IMG/VR virus record: IMGVR_UViG_3300018481_000005
Coordinates: 1 to 61,795 of that record
Reading direction: 5' to 3' (one strand)
Length of the DNA stretch: 61,795 bases
Origin: a virus
Taxonomy: Duplodnaviria > Caudoviricetes
Both the position numbers and the translations under genes were made by a program. Each line of letters begins with the position of its first letter. The stretch's first letter is position 1. Shown one piece after another: positions 18,491 through 27,960 of the stretch. The notes under the pieces are model-generated. The model saw only the letters and a program-made list of their open reading frames with translations. It had not been told where the DNA came from and ran no database searches.

Positions 18491-18821
18491 TTCCGACGTC
18501 ATCGTCATCGAACAGGTGCAGGTCGACGTCGTCAGCACAGGACCCGACAGCGTCGAGGTTCAAGAGACGGTGGTACAGGATGTCATCGAAGTTGGTGTGA
18601 TGGGATTGAGTGGTCCGCCCGGAGGCGGGTTCAACTACGTCCACGATCAGGCGTCGCCGAGTGCAACGTGGGTCGTCTTCCACAACCTGCACGGATACCC
18701 AAACGTGACGGTCGAGGACTCGGCAGGGAACGAGCACATGCCTGACATCACGTATGACAGTGGTGATCAGATCACACTTCGCTTCGTCGGTTCCTTCGGT
18801 GGCAAGGCGTACCTCTCTTGA
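18483..18821 (+). CDS. Minor virion/fibre-associated protein
   Basis: Short GxxGPPG segment then HDQ...WVVFHNL...P-V...GKAYL domain. Confidence 0.65.
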   Translation: MADSDVIVIEQVQVDVVSTGPDSVEVQETVVQDVIEVGVMGLSGPPGGGFNYVHDQASPSATWVVFHNLHGYPNVTVEDSAGNEHMPDITYDSGDQITLRFVGSFGGKAYLS

Positions 18822-18835
18822 AAGGAGAGTGAGAC

Positions 18836-20194
18836 ATGGGTCGCACGTTCCATACATTCATCGACCTGAGCAAACAGGAGATCCGCAATCCGCGGATGCA
18901 GCAACTCGCATCGGCACCTGGTTCTCCTGTCACTGGTCAGTTCTACTACGACACGGTCGCCAACCTCGGCTACTTCTGGAACGGATCCGCATGGTTGGCG
19001 ATGGGCTCGACAGGCGGTGCAGGAATCCCGGCGACGATCGTTGATGTGAAGGGTGACCTCATCGTCGCGACCGCAGCCGACACCGTCGCTCGTGTCGCGG
19101 CAGGTGCGGATGACACCATCCTGATGGCCGACTCCGCAGCTGGTGCAGGAGTCAAGTGGGTCGGACCGAACGCATCACCAGCCGCGATCGGCACGCAAGC
19201 GGGCGGATCAGCGGACACGTTCACTCGCGGTGATCACGTCCACGCGACAGGTGCTGGCACGCCGAGCACGCAAGCGTTCGGTGACTCGGCTGCGACAGGG
19301 TCTGGTCCTGCCGCTGCGATGACCGATCACAAGCACGCGATGCCAGCGCACGGATTGGCGACGCACCAAGAGATGTTGGCGACCACCGACCTGACAGACT
19401 GGCCGCGAACCGCATCGCTGTCGATGTCATCGCAGTTGCTCACCAACCTTCTCGACCCGAGTGGTCCGCAGGATGCAGCGACGAAGAACTACGTCGATGG
19501 TCTTGCGTTGGGCGTGTCGTGGAAGGACAGCGTGCGAGCGGCGACCACCGCGAACAGCACACTGGCGTCGACCTTCGAGAACGGCGACGTGATCGACGGT
19601 GTCACACTTGCCACTGGCAACCGCATCCTCATCAAGGACCAGAGCACAGGCGGAGAGAACGGCATCTACATCGTCAACGCTTCTGGTGCTCCGACACGTG
19701 CAACGGACGCTGACTCGGCGGCAGAGATCCTTCAGGCGTCGGTGTGGGTGGAAGAAGGTACGGTCAACGGTGACACTGGCTGGATCAACACGACCAACGC
19801 TCCCATCACTCTCGGGACGACCGCGACGGTGTGGGCGCAGTTCACCGGACTTGGCGACATCAGTGCAGGAACGGGACTGACCAAGACCGGAGCAACGCTG
19901 AACGCCGTCGCTGGTACAGGTATGGTCGCGAACGCTGACGACCTTGCCGTGCTGCGCACCGACGCGAATGGTCGTGTGCCGTTGCGGTATGCAGCGGACT
20001 TCGGTGATGGTTCAACGACCGCCTACAACATCGATCACAACCTCAACTCGCTTGACGTGATCGTGCAGGTGTTCCAGAAGTCTGACGGAGCACAGATCGA
20101 GCCGGACGTCGTTCACAGCACCGTCAACCGCGTCATCCTGACGTTCGCGACCGCACCGACGACCAACCAGCACCGCGTTGTCGTGATCGGCTAG
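18836..20194 (+). CDS. Virion fibre/structural protein
   Basis: Ala/Thr/Gly-rich; DAATKNYVD, WKDSVRAAT, RILIKDQ...ENGIY motifs common in phage fibres. Confidence 0.75.
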   Translation: MGRTFHTFIDLSKQEIRNPRMQQLASAPGSPVTGQFYYDTVANLGYFWNGSAWLAMGSTGGAGIPATIVDVKGDLIVATAADTVARVAAGADDTILMADSAAGAGVKWVGPNASPAAIGTQAGGSADTFTRGDHVHATGAGTPSTQAFGDSAATGSGPAAAMTDHKHAMPAHGLATHQEMLATTDLTDWPRTASLSMSSQLLTNLLDPSGPQDAATKNYVDGLALGVSWKDSVRAATTANSTLASTFENGDVIDGVTLATGNRILIKDQSTGGENGIYIVNASGAPTRATDADSAAEILQASVWVEEGTVNGDTGWINTTNAPITLGTTATVWAQFTGLGDISAGTGLTKTGATLNAVAGTGMVANADDLAVLRTDANGRVPLRYAADFGDGSTTAYNIDHNLNSLDVIVQVFQKSDGAQIEPDVVHSTVNRVILTFATAPTTNQHRVVVIG

Positions 20195-20198
20195 TCCT

Positions 20199-20615
20199 AT
20201 GGCGAGGGACTTCAAGACCAATCCGTCGGTCAACGGAAAGCCCATCGCGATCGATGAAGACATCAACATCGTCGTGCCGTTCGCGTACAGCGGTGCAGCG
20301 ACCGTCCAAGCAGGTGCGCTCCGTTGGTACAACGACACAGGCGTCACGCTGACCGTCATGTCGTGTCGTGCCTCAGCGGGAACAGCGCCAACAGGTGCAA
20401 CGTTGATCATGGACTTCAATAAGAACGGGACGACACTGTTCACGACGCAGGGGAACCGACCGGCGATCGCCATCAGCGGTAACACGGACAAGAAGACGAA
20501 CATGGATGTGACGACCGTTGCCGATGGAGATTACTTGACGGCTGACATCGACCAGATCGGTTCAACAGTGGCAGGGTCAAACGTTGTCGGTCAGATCACG
20601 TTGAGGAAGTCGTGA
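20199..20615 (+). CDS. Minor virion protein
   Basis: Beta-rich; GDYLTADIDQIGSTVAG motif; structural context. Confidence 0.65.
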   Translation: MARDFKTNPSVNGKPIAIDEDINIVVPFAYSGAATVQAGALRWYNDTGVTLTVMSCRASAGTAPTGATLIMDFNKNGTTLFTTQGNRPAIAISGNTDKKTNMDVTTVADGDYLTADIDQIGSTVAGSNVVGQITLRKS

Positions 20616-21364
20616 CGATCGCGCTGCGTTCCGCCCATGGTACCGCGCAGAACAAGACTGCTGGCACCAGCCGGATACACACTGTCAGCACCGCGAACGT
20701 CCTGGCAGGAGACACCGCGTTGTTTGGCTGCGCGTCAGACAACCTCGCCACCGCCGACGGCGTGTCGAACGATCATACTTCGGTCACCGACACTCAGGGC
20801 AACGTGTGGGAGAAGGTTGGTGAGTACACGAACACGGTGGGCGGTGCCGCTGGTGATGGCGTGACCGTCAGTCTGTGGAAGTGTGAAGTCACGACGGACC
20901 TGGTCATCACCACCGACACAGTAACCATCAACTTCAGCGGGTCCATCACCGCGAAGGTCGTCGGGCTCATCAGCTATTCTCACGCGGCTGGCATGGAGTT
21001 GTTCAACGATGGCTACATCGCTGTGACGCGTGACGCTGCGACTGGCAGTCCTTCCAAGACGCTCTCGGGTCTGGCGAACGTGCAACACCTGTTCTTCGCC
21101 TGCGATGCGTTCGAGACGACGCAGACTTCGTTCGGTCTGACCCAGGACACCGACTACACCAACCAGTGGAACAACGGCACGACGGGCTCGACCGCGCAGA
21201 CGAACTGCAAACTGATGGGAGCGCACCGCTTGGCGACGCTCACTGGCGATACCCACCAGTCCACGCAATCGCTGACGTGCGACAGCGTGGGCATCCTGGC
21301 GTCGTTCATCGAACAGGCTCCGCCCGTCACGACCAAGCAATCTGTCGGGATGATGGTCGCATGA
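20612..21364 (+). CDS. Minor virion protein (possible receptor-binding)
   Basis: Thr-rich beta composition; GTGA overlap. Confidence 0.65.
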   Translation: MTIALRSAHGTAQNKTAGTSRIHTVSTANVLAGDTALFGCASDNLATADGVSNDHTSVTDTQGNVWEKVGEYTNTVGGAAGDGVTVSLWKCEVTTDLVITTDTVTINFSGSITAKVVGLISYSHAAGMELFNDGYIAVTRDAATGSPSKTLSGLANVQHLFFACDAFETTQTSFGLTQDTDYTNQWNNGTTGSTAQTNCKLMGAHRLATLTGDTHQSTQSLTCDSVGILASFIEQAPPVTTKQSVGMMVA

Positions 21365-21424
21365 CGGTCCGCGATTCCGACCCGATCAACCGTAGACTAC
21401 CGTCGTGATGAGAGGAGGTGTGCA

Positions 21425-21562
21425 ATGGCCAAGCGCAAGACCCCACCGAGGACGTCGAGCGGCAAGTTTCGCAAGTCTCGTTCGGGCGGTTCCGCCCGTC
21501 GGTCCGGAGGTGCGCGAAGGGTCGCCGCTGGTCGGGGCGCAGGTCGTCGCGTCAAGCGTTGA
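21425..21562 (+). CDS. Protamine-like basic peptide (absent from ORF track)
   Basis: GAGAGGAGGTG RBS; MAKRKTPPRTSSGKFRKSRSGGSARRSGGARRVAAGRGAGRRVKR, no acidic residue; possible -10 TAGACT at 21393-21398. Confidence 0.75.
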   Translation: MAKRKTPPRTSSGKFRKSRSGGSARRSGGARRVAAGRGAGRRVKR

Positions 21563-21569
21563 CAATCGT

Positions 21570-21616
21570 GGGACGGACAGGTGTGTGAGTCTCATCCCTC
21601 CCCGCCTGTTCGTCCC
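21570..21616 (+). terminator. Stem-loop (terminator-like or RNA-stabilising)
   Basis: GGGACGGACAGG 21570-21581 pairs with CCTGTTCGTCCC 21605-21616; no U tract. Confidence 0.5.
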
Positions 21617-21642
21617 GCTCCCTCAACACTGAAGGAGGAAGA

Positions 21643-22083
21643 ATGGCAGACGCACTCGTAGCAAAGATCGAGAGCCCTTGGGCACGCGCGATGCGAACGT
21701 TCCTGTCCGCACTTGCAACGTCGCCCGTCTTGATCGCTCTCGTCGCGTCGTTCGCGACCGTCGACGACGTGAAGAAGGGACTCGTACCAGCAGCGGTTGT
21801 CGTGTGCGCAGCGGTGCTCACCGCAGCGTCCAGTTTGGCGCTCGGTTACAGCGAACGCTGGAGAGCGGCAACGTCGACACCTTTGATGAAGGGTCTCGGA
21901 CAAGCAGCCCAGTACTTCGCGGCAGGAATCGTGACGATCAGCGTCGCGTCGGTCGACCCCGATGTGTTGCTCAGCGTCGGTGACTCGATCATCGCACTGA
22001 TCTCCGCGTCGGTCCTGTCGGGTCTACTCACATTCGGGCTGAACGCTGCGCAGAAGCCGCCGACCGAAGCAGTGGCGGCGTAG
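21643..22083 (+). CDS. Probable holin
   Basis: Four hydrophobic helices, RAMRTF motif, GAAGGAGG RBS. Confidence 0.65.
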   Translation: MADALVAKIESPWARAMRTFLSALATSPVLIALVASFATVDDVKKGLVPAAVVVCAAVLTAASSLALGYSERWRAATSTPLMKGLGQAAQYFAAGIVTISVASVDPDVLLSVGDSIIALISASVLSGLLTFGLNAAQKPPTEAVAA

Positions 22084-22086
22084 CAC

Positions 22087-23469
22087 ATGCCTGTCGTCGT
22101 CAAGGATCGCATCTGGCCGTTCATCAACTACCATCCACACGACGGTCAGAATGAGATCCACAACAGCACAGCGCGACATCGTCTTGCTAGCTGTGGACGA
22201 CGATTCGGCAAGTCAACGGTCGGAGGGAACGAACTCGTTCCTGAAGCCGCCTACACGTACAGCATCATCCCTGCTCTCGAGCAACTCGGGAAGCAGAGAC
22301 GCTTCTGGATCGTCGGACCAGATTACAGCGACGTGGAGAAGGAGTGGCGTGTGATCTGGGACGCGATCAAGCGTCTCGGGATGCCTCTCGACAAGCCTGG
22401 GTCGTACAACAATCCGCACATGGGCGACATGCACATGTCACTGTGGAACGGTAGGTTCCAGATCCACGGCAAGTCTGCGATGCATCCCGAGTCTCTTGAC
22501 GGTGAAGGACTGTTCGGTGTCTTGCTCGTTGAAGCCGCGAAGCTGAAGCGGATCATCTGGGGCAAGTTCCTTCGTCCTGCACTTTCCGACGAGGGTGGTT
22601 GGTCACTCAAGACATCAACGCCTGAAGGGAAGAACTGGTTCTACGAGGAGTACCTGCGCGGTCAGGATCCGTCGCAGCCGCAGTATCAGTCATGGCGCAA
22701 GCCGTCATGGGAGAATCCGATCCTGTTCCCTGAGGGACGGCAGGACCCTGAGATCCTTGACATGGAAGCCGACATGTCAGCGGAGTTGTTCAATCAGGAG
22801 ATCGCTGCTGACTTCACGGAGTTCGTCGGACGTGTCTTCAAAGGTTTCGACGCTGACATGCACGTCAAGGACATCGCGTACGATCCGTCACTGCCGCTGT
22901 ACGGAGCATGTGACTACGGTTGGACAAACCCGTTCGTATGGCTAGCGATTCAGGTGGATGTCTTCGACAACGTGTACGTCCTTGGTGAGTATCGTGAGTC
23001 GCATCGTGACATCAACGACATCGGTCGTGACCTGCTTGATTGGCCACTGGCTGCGAATGCGATCAAGCTGTACCCTGATCCCGCCGAGCCAGGTGACACG
23101 CGAGTTCTCGAGAAGGTGCTCAAGCTCAAGGCTGACACGAACACAGGCGGCGAACTGAAGTGGCGACTCGAGTTGATCCGAGAGAAGCTGAAGCTCGACC
23201 CCGAGTCGGAAGGACATGACGAGAGCTTGCGTCAACCGAAGTTGTTCATCGACAGGAAATGCACAGGACTGATCAACGAGATGGAGGAGTACAGGTATCC
23301 CGACAGTCGCACCGAATCGGTACGTGCCGAGCCGGAGAAGCCGCTTGACAAGGATGATCACGGGCCAGAAGCACTTGGTCGCTTCATGCGTGGTTACTAC
23401 GGTGGTCCCGGAGACGAGATGCAGGGAAGCAACGCCAAAGTCAGGAAGGCGGTGATCAGTAGTGGCTAA
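22087..23469 (+). CDS. terL: Terminase large subunit
   Basis: Walker A CGRRFGKS, Walker B variant LLVEA, STPEG coupling motif, nuclease motifs CDYG and DDHGPEA. Confidence 0.95.
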   Translation: MPVVVKDRIWPFINYHPHDGQNEIHNSTARHRLASCGRRFGKSTVGGNELVPEAAYTYSIIPALEQLGKQRRFWIVGPDYSDVEKEWRVIWDAIKRLGMPLDKPGSYNNPHMGDMHMSLWNGRFQIHGKSAMHPESLDGEGLFGVLLVEAAKLKRIIWGKFLRPALSDEGGWSLKTSTPEGKNWFYEEYLRGQDPSQPQYQSWRKPSWENPILFPEGRQDPEILDMEADMSAELFNQEIAADFTEFVGRVFKGFDADMHVKDIAYDPSLPLYGACDYGWTNPFVWLAIQVDVFDNVYVLGEYRESHRDINDIGRDLLDWPLAANAIKLYPDPAEPGDTRVLEKVLKLKADTNTGGELKWRLELIREKLKLDPESEGHDESLRQPKLFIDRKCTGLINEMEEYRYPDSRTESVRAEPEKPLDKDDHGPEALGRFMRGYYGGPGDEMQGSNAKVRKAVISSG

Positions 23470-24994
23470 CGTGAGTCACTGGGCGACCATCGAACCGTTC
23501 CTGCGGCCGGAGAACACGCCTCAGTGGGTTGACGGTGAAGACCGTACACGTGTCGCGTCATACGATGCGTATGAATCGATCTACTGGACGGCACCGAAGG
23601 CGTACCAGATTCAACTTCGCGGTGAGAACAACCAGCCGATCTACATTCCCAGCGGGCGAAAGATCGTCAACACTGCGCACAGGTATCTGGCGCCAGGGTT
23701 CAACGTCACAACGGACCCGAACTTCGGATCGCCCGCAGAACAGGCAGATGCTCAGCTCTGGTTGACGGAGTTCATGCGACGTGAACGGTTCCTCAGCAAG
23801 TTCAGCGCGAACAAGCTGGAAGGCTTGACGAAGGGTGATTGGCTCTTCCACATCTTCGCTGACGAGGAACGTGCGGAAGGCAGTCGCGTCAGCATCTTCC
23901 CGCTTGATCCTGCGACGTACTTCCCTGAGTACGAAGGTGGCGACCAAGTTGACAGCGTCATCGCGGTGCATCTCGTGCAGTCGTTTCAGGATGGGAACGA
24001 GCCTGCGGTCCTGAAGCTCAAGTACACCAAGGTCACCGAGACAGGTGGTCCGTCACAGATCCAGGTTGACCAAACGGTGCATCCGATCGATGAGTGGGGA
24101 CAGCCGCAGACGGACATGGCACTGACGACGGTTCGTTCGCTTGACTCGTTCGTCCTGCCTGACGTCGTCGACGCGATCCCTGTCTACCACATCCCGAACA
24201 CCTACGACCCGTCGTTCGGTTGGGGGTCGTCGGAGATGCGCGGTGTCGAGATCTTGATGCGTGCCATCAGTCAAGGCGCGACGGACGAGGACCTGACGCT
24301 CGTTCTTGAGGGACTCGGGCTGTACGTCACGACGGCTGGCGCACCGATCAATGAAGACACCGACGAAGTGATGCCGTGGAACCTTGGTCCTGCACGTGTC
24401 GTTGAGATCCCTGACGGCAAGGACTTCAAGCGTGTCAACGGTGCAGGGTCCATCACGCCGTATCAGGATCACCTGAGCTTCCTCATCGGAGAGCTCGAGG
24501 ACGCGACGAACACCGACGCGGTGTCACGTGGTCGTGTCGATGTGACGGTCGCTGAGAGCGGCATCGCACTTGCGCTCCGACTCGCACCGCTGTTCGCGTC
24601 GATGCAAGAGAAGGAACGTGTCATCACCGACGTGGTGACGCAGATGATGTACGATCTGCGCAAGTGGTTCATGGGCTTCGAGGCACCGCTTGGTGGTCTT
24701 GAGGAGATCCGATGGGTCCCGACGTATGGCGACCGGATGCCTGTGAACAAGAAGCAGGTCTTCGATCAAGTGATGACGATGATCACCGCGACACCTGTTC
24801 CCGTCATCAGCACCGCAGAGGGACGCCGACTGCTCAAGAACATCGGGTGGGAGTTCTCTCCTGACGAGACGTTGAACAACGAGATCCTCGCTGAGCAAAG
24901 TGCGGTGGCAGGTGCGACCGCTGACGCAGTGGCTGCAAGGGTCGGTGGCGATGTCGCCACGCTGACCGATGACGGCGGTGTGGATGAAGGCTAG
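23462..24994 (+). CDS. Portal protein
   Basis: 510 aa directly after TerL; AESGIAL motif typical of SPP1-like/actinophage portals. Confidence 0.88.
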   Translation: MANVSHWATIEPFLRPENTPQWVDGEDRTRVASYDAYESIYWTAPKAYQIQLRGENNQPIYIPSGRKIVNTAHRYLAPGFNVTTDPNFGSPAEQADAQLWLTEFMRRERFLSKFSANKLEGLTKGDWLFHIFADEERAEGSRVSIFPLDPATYFPEYEGGDQVDSVIAVHLVQSFQDGNEPAVLKLKYTKVTETGGPSQIQVDQTVHPIDEWGQPQTDMALTTVRSLDSFVLPDVVDAIPVYHIPNTYDPSFGWGSSEMRGVEILMRAISQGATDEDLTLVLEGLGLYVTTAGAPINEDTDEVMPWNLGPARVVEIPDGKDFKRVNGAGSITPYQDHLSFLIGELEDATNTDAVSRGRVDVTVAESGIALALRLAPLFASMQEKERVITDVVTQMMYDLRKWFMGFEAPLGGLEEIRWVPTYGDRMPVNKKQVFDQVMTMITATPVPVISTAEGRRLLKNIGWEFSPDETLNNEILAEQSAVAGATADAVAARVGGDVATLTDDGGVDEG

Positions 24995-25865
24995 TGCTTG
25001 GCAACGTGCCGCAGCGCGGAACGACCAGCGTCGGCTTCTCAAGCTCATTCAGGAGACCGACGCGACGATGGTTGACATCGTGAGCGACACCGCCAAGAAG
25101 TCGGAACGCCTAATCGCCCGTAGCGTCGGCGGCAAGGGAATCGGCGCACAGGTACGGCTCGCTCAGTACCGTCAGGTACGGTCCAGCATGTTCCAGCTAG
25201 CGACCGACATGTGGGGCGACCAGGTTCCTGCCGCAGTGTTGAACGGCATCGACACGTCAAGTCAGATGGCTGTCAACGCTCAGAAGGAGATGCTCGCGTT
25301 CCTCAGCAAGATCGCTCCTGACGCTGCAAGCATGCTCGTCGAGTCGATGCGACACAGCGCAGCCCAAACGTTCGAGAGCCTGCGGTCGCGACTGCTCAAT
25401 GGCGTCAACCTGTCGCCAAACGTGTACCGGAACCGCGCATACATGATGGGGAAGATCGACAGCATCGTGAACGAGGGCATCCTGCTCCAGCAGTCGGCGA
25501 AGGAGATCGCTGACAACGTGTATCAGCACATCAATCCGAAGGTCGTCGGTGGTCAGAAGTACGCAGCCATGCGTCTCGGTCGCACCGAACTGAACAACGC
25601 CTATCACTCGACGAGCATCCGGTCGTATCAGCAGTCGCCGTACGTCGAAGGCGTGCAGTGGTCGCTCAGCGGCAGTCACGCGAAGCCTGATGACTGTGAC
25701 GCGTACGCCGGAGACGACTCGTACAACATGGGAACAGGTGTCTTCCCGACGAACAACGTTCCTGACAAGCCGCATCCCCAGTGCTTCTGCTTCATCACGG
25801 CGATCACGCCGGACCCTGACGAGTTCCTTCGCAGGTTGCAGCGAGGGGAGTACAACTGCGGATGA
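24984..25865 (+). CDS. MuF-like minor capsid protein
   Basis: After portal; RLGRTE, WSLS..H..DDC and HPQCFC motifs. Confidence 0.85.
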   Translation: MKASAWQRAAARNDQRRLLKLIQETDATMVDIVSDTAKKSERLIARSVGGKGIGAQVRLAQYRQVRSSMFQLATDMWGDQVPAAVLNGIDTSSQMAVNAQKEMLAFLSKIAPDAASMLVESMRHSAAQTFESLRSRLLNGVNLSPNVYRNRAYMMGKIDSIVNEGILLQQSAKEIADNVYQHINPKVVGGQKYAAMRLGRTELNNAYHSTSIRSYQQSPYVEGVQWSLSGSHAKPDDCDAYAGDDSYNMGTGVFPTNNVPDKPHPQCFCFITAITPDPDEFLRRLQRGEYNCG

Positions 25866-26533
25866 GTGTCTGCGCGACGGAACCGATGACCGATGCAGCG
25901 TGGGATCAAGCACGTGTCGCGAACGCTCAAGGCACCATGGAGATGGAGGACGCTCAGACGTGGGGGACGATCGAGTCGGATGACTGGTGGTTCGAACTTG
26001 ACGACGAGACGCAGAAGGCGTTCAGTCTGTACAAGAGCGGGAACTACGGCGTCATCAACGACGCGCTGCGTGGCGGTACGAAGATGACTGACGAGGCTGC
26101 ATCCTCCATCGCACGTATGGACGCGGCTCTTGACACTGCTTCGCTGTCAGAAGACGTGGTCGCCGTGCGACACATCGACAAGTACGCATTCAACGATATG
26201 TTCGGAACGACCAAAGCTGACTACGAGTTTGGCGGCTTCTGGAAGGAAGACCCGCGTCGCTTCGTCGGTGCAACGTTCGGTGACGATGCGTACACGTCAA
26301 CGAGCATGTCGTCAGACTTCACATGGGGTGACATCCCGATGGAGGTGCGAGTGCCTCGCGGGTATCAGGCTGCGTACCTTGACCCTGCGATGTTCAACGG
26401 TTCCTCACTGCTCGGGTCGCATGAGTGTGAACTACTGTTGAAGCGCGGCACACGTTTCCGCATCGTCGGGATGGACACGGAACTTGACCAAGGAGCACAC
26501 GAGATCACGAAGCTCATTCTGGAGGTTATCTGA
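25862..26533 (+). CDS. ADP-ribosyltransferase (VIP2/C2-like, R-STS-ExE class)
   Basis: Y...INDALR, AVR, YTSTS, ECELLLKRG; ATGA overlap with MuF. Confidence 0.88.
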   Translation: MSVCATEPMTDAAWDQARVANAQGTMEMEDAQTWGTIESDDWWFELDDETQKAFSLYKSGNYGVINDALRGGTKMTDEAASSIARMDAALDTASLSEDVVAVRHIDKYAFNDMFGTTKADYEFGGFWKEDPRRFVGATFGDDAYTSTSMSSDFTWGDIPMEVRVPRGYQAAYLDPAMFNGSSLLGSHECELLLKRGTRFRIVGMDTELDQGAHEITKLILEVI

Positions 26534-26673
26534 TGGTCACGAAGAAGCAGCGCAAGAAGTTCACAGCGCAGAAGGGAGAGATGAAGTTGATCTCCGTGAA
26601 GGACGCGCAGGACAACGATGTACCTGCGACCAAGAAGAACATAGAAGGTTCCAAGAAGCGACTGTCACGCTGA
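26533..26673 (+). CDS. Small basic protein coupled to the ART (absent from ORF track)
   Basis: GGAGG RBS and TGATG overlap; MVTKKQRKKFTAQKGEMKLISVK... Confidence 0.65.
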   Translation: MVTKKQRKKFTAQKGEMKLISVKDAQDNDVPATKKNIEGSKKRLSR

Positions 26674-26719
26674 CAGTCGGCCAGCGGCCATGAGGCCATT
26701 GAGTCCGAAGGAGAACGAC

Positions 26720-27445
26720 ATGGAGTTCAAGTACCTGAACGGCATCCCTGGTTGGGTACGTCCAAACGGGGAGTTCATGCCCATCATCTCTGGCGCACAG
26801 GATGACGAAGGCGATGACGGCAACGACACGGACAACGACACGGATGATGACGATGACGATGATGACGACGACACCGATGATGGTGCTGACGACATCAAGG
26901 ATCCGAAGGCCAAGATCCACTCGTTGACCGAAGCGAATGCACGGCTCGCACGCAAGCTCGAGAAGAAGGACGGCACGATCTCCGACATGGAGAAGCGTCT
27001 GAAGCAGATCGAGGACAAGGACAAGGACGAAGTCACCAAGAAGGGTGAGGAGCTCGAGAGCACGCAGAAGGAGCTGATGGATCTCCAAGCGCAGTACAGG
27101 GAACTGGAGATAGAGAACGTGCTGCTCAGCGACGACAACATCGTTCACCTGTCGGCACGACGACGCAAGATGATCATCCGCGAAGTGTTGCCGGACCTGG
27201 AAGTTGAGGACGACGGCGACAGCAACCTGCAAGAGCTCTTGGAGAAGCTGGAGAAGGATGATCCCGGGCTGTTCGACAATGGTGACAAGGATGACGATGA
27301 CAGCAAGGATGACGCTGACACGTCAGCCACGCGTCGTCCGAAGACGAAGACCGCACCCACTGGAAACCGCAAGAAGAAGGACAAAGGCAATCAAGCGGCG
27401 GAAGACGCGAGGATCAAGAACAAGTTCTCCGCTATCCGTCGATGA
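26720..27445 (+). CDS. Capsid scaffolding protein
   Basis: Asp-rich tract, coiled-coil, basic C-terminus, upstream of capsid genes; AAGGAG RBS. Confidence 0.8.
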   Translation: MEFKYLNGIPGWVRPNGEFMPIISGAQDDEGDDGNDTDNDTDDDDDDDDDDTDDGADDIKDPKAKIHSLTEANARLARKLEKKDGTISDMEKRLKQIEDKDKDEVTKKGEELESTQKELMDLQAQYRELEIENVLLSDDNIVHLSARRRKMIIREVLPDLEVEDDGDSNLQELLEKLEKDDPGLFDNGDKDDDDSKDDADTSATRRPKTKTAPTGNRKKKDKGNQAAEDARIKNKFSAIRR

Positions 27446-27591
27446 TACGTGTCACAGATTGCGACAGGAGCTCATGTACGATGTGCGTCATCGGGGTCAT
27501 CGCCTGCGGCAGACCCGCCAGCGGCAAGCTCGTCCGGTTGCACCGACGAGAGTCCATGTTGGCAGAGGTGAGCAGAAGGAGGCGATCGTAA

Positions 27592-27960
27592 GTGCCAAGG
27601 TTCGACAAAGTCGAACCACTCGGCGGATCGTTCCGGGCGAAGCTGAATGCGGACTGGGCAGGTGCCGACGGAGCGGCCATCGCTGTTGGAGTCAACTCCA
27701 GCGGTAAGGTCGTAGTCGGTCAAGGCAACTGTGGCATCCTTGGTGTCGTGGTGTTGGTCGTCAACCACAAGAAGGCTGGCGACGTAATCGACGTCATGAC
27801 AGATGGTGAGATCCTCGAGATGACGGGTCTCACCGCTGGTACGGCGATCACTGCCGATACCACCACTGGGGTGCTCGGTGTCACTGCCGCAGACGCGACG
27901 CACATCCGGGTCGGTCACACGATTGAAGCCGACAGGCTCGTCGTCAGGGCGCGGAGGTGA
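27592..27960 (+). CDS. Capsid decoration/cement protein
   Basis: 122 aa Gly/Ala/Val-rich protein directly before the major capsid gene. Confidence 0.7.
   Translation: MPRFDKVEPLGGSFRAKLNADWAGADGAAIAVGVNSSGKVVVGQGNCGILGVVVLVVNHKKAGDVIDVMTDGEILEMTGLTAGTAITADTTTGVLGVTAADATHIRVGHTIEADRLVVRARR

Noticed and set aside
26802-26892. GAC/GAT trinucleotide runs (also about 58570-59000)
   Set aside because: They simply encode acidic tracts in the scaffold and SSB-like proteins.
27446-27591. Intergenic gap before the capsid genes as an ncRNA
   Set aside because: Only short GC-rich hairpins; more plausibly an ordinary leader, and no motif was recognised.
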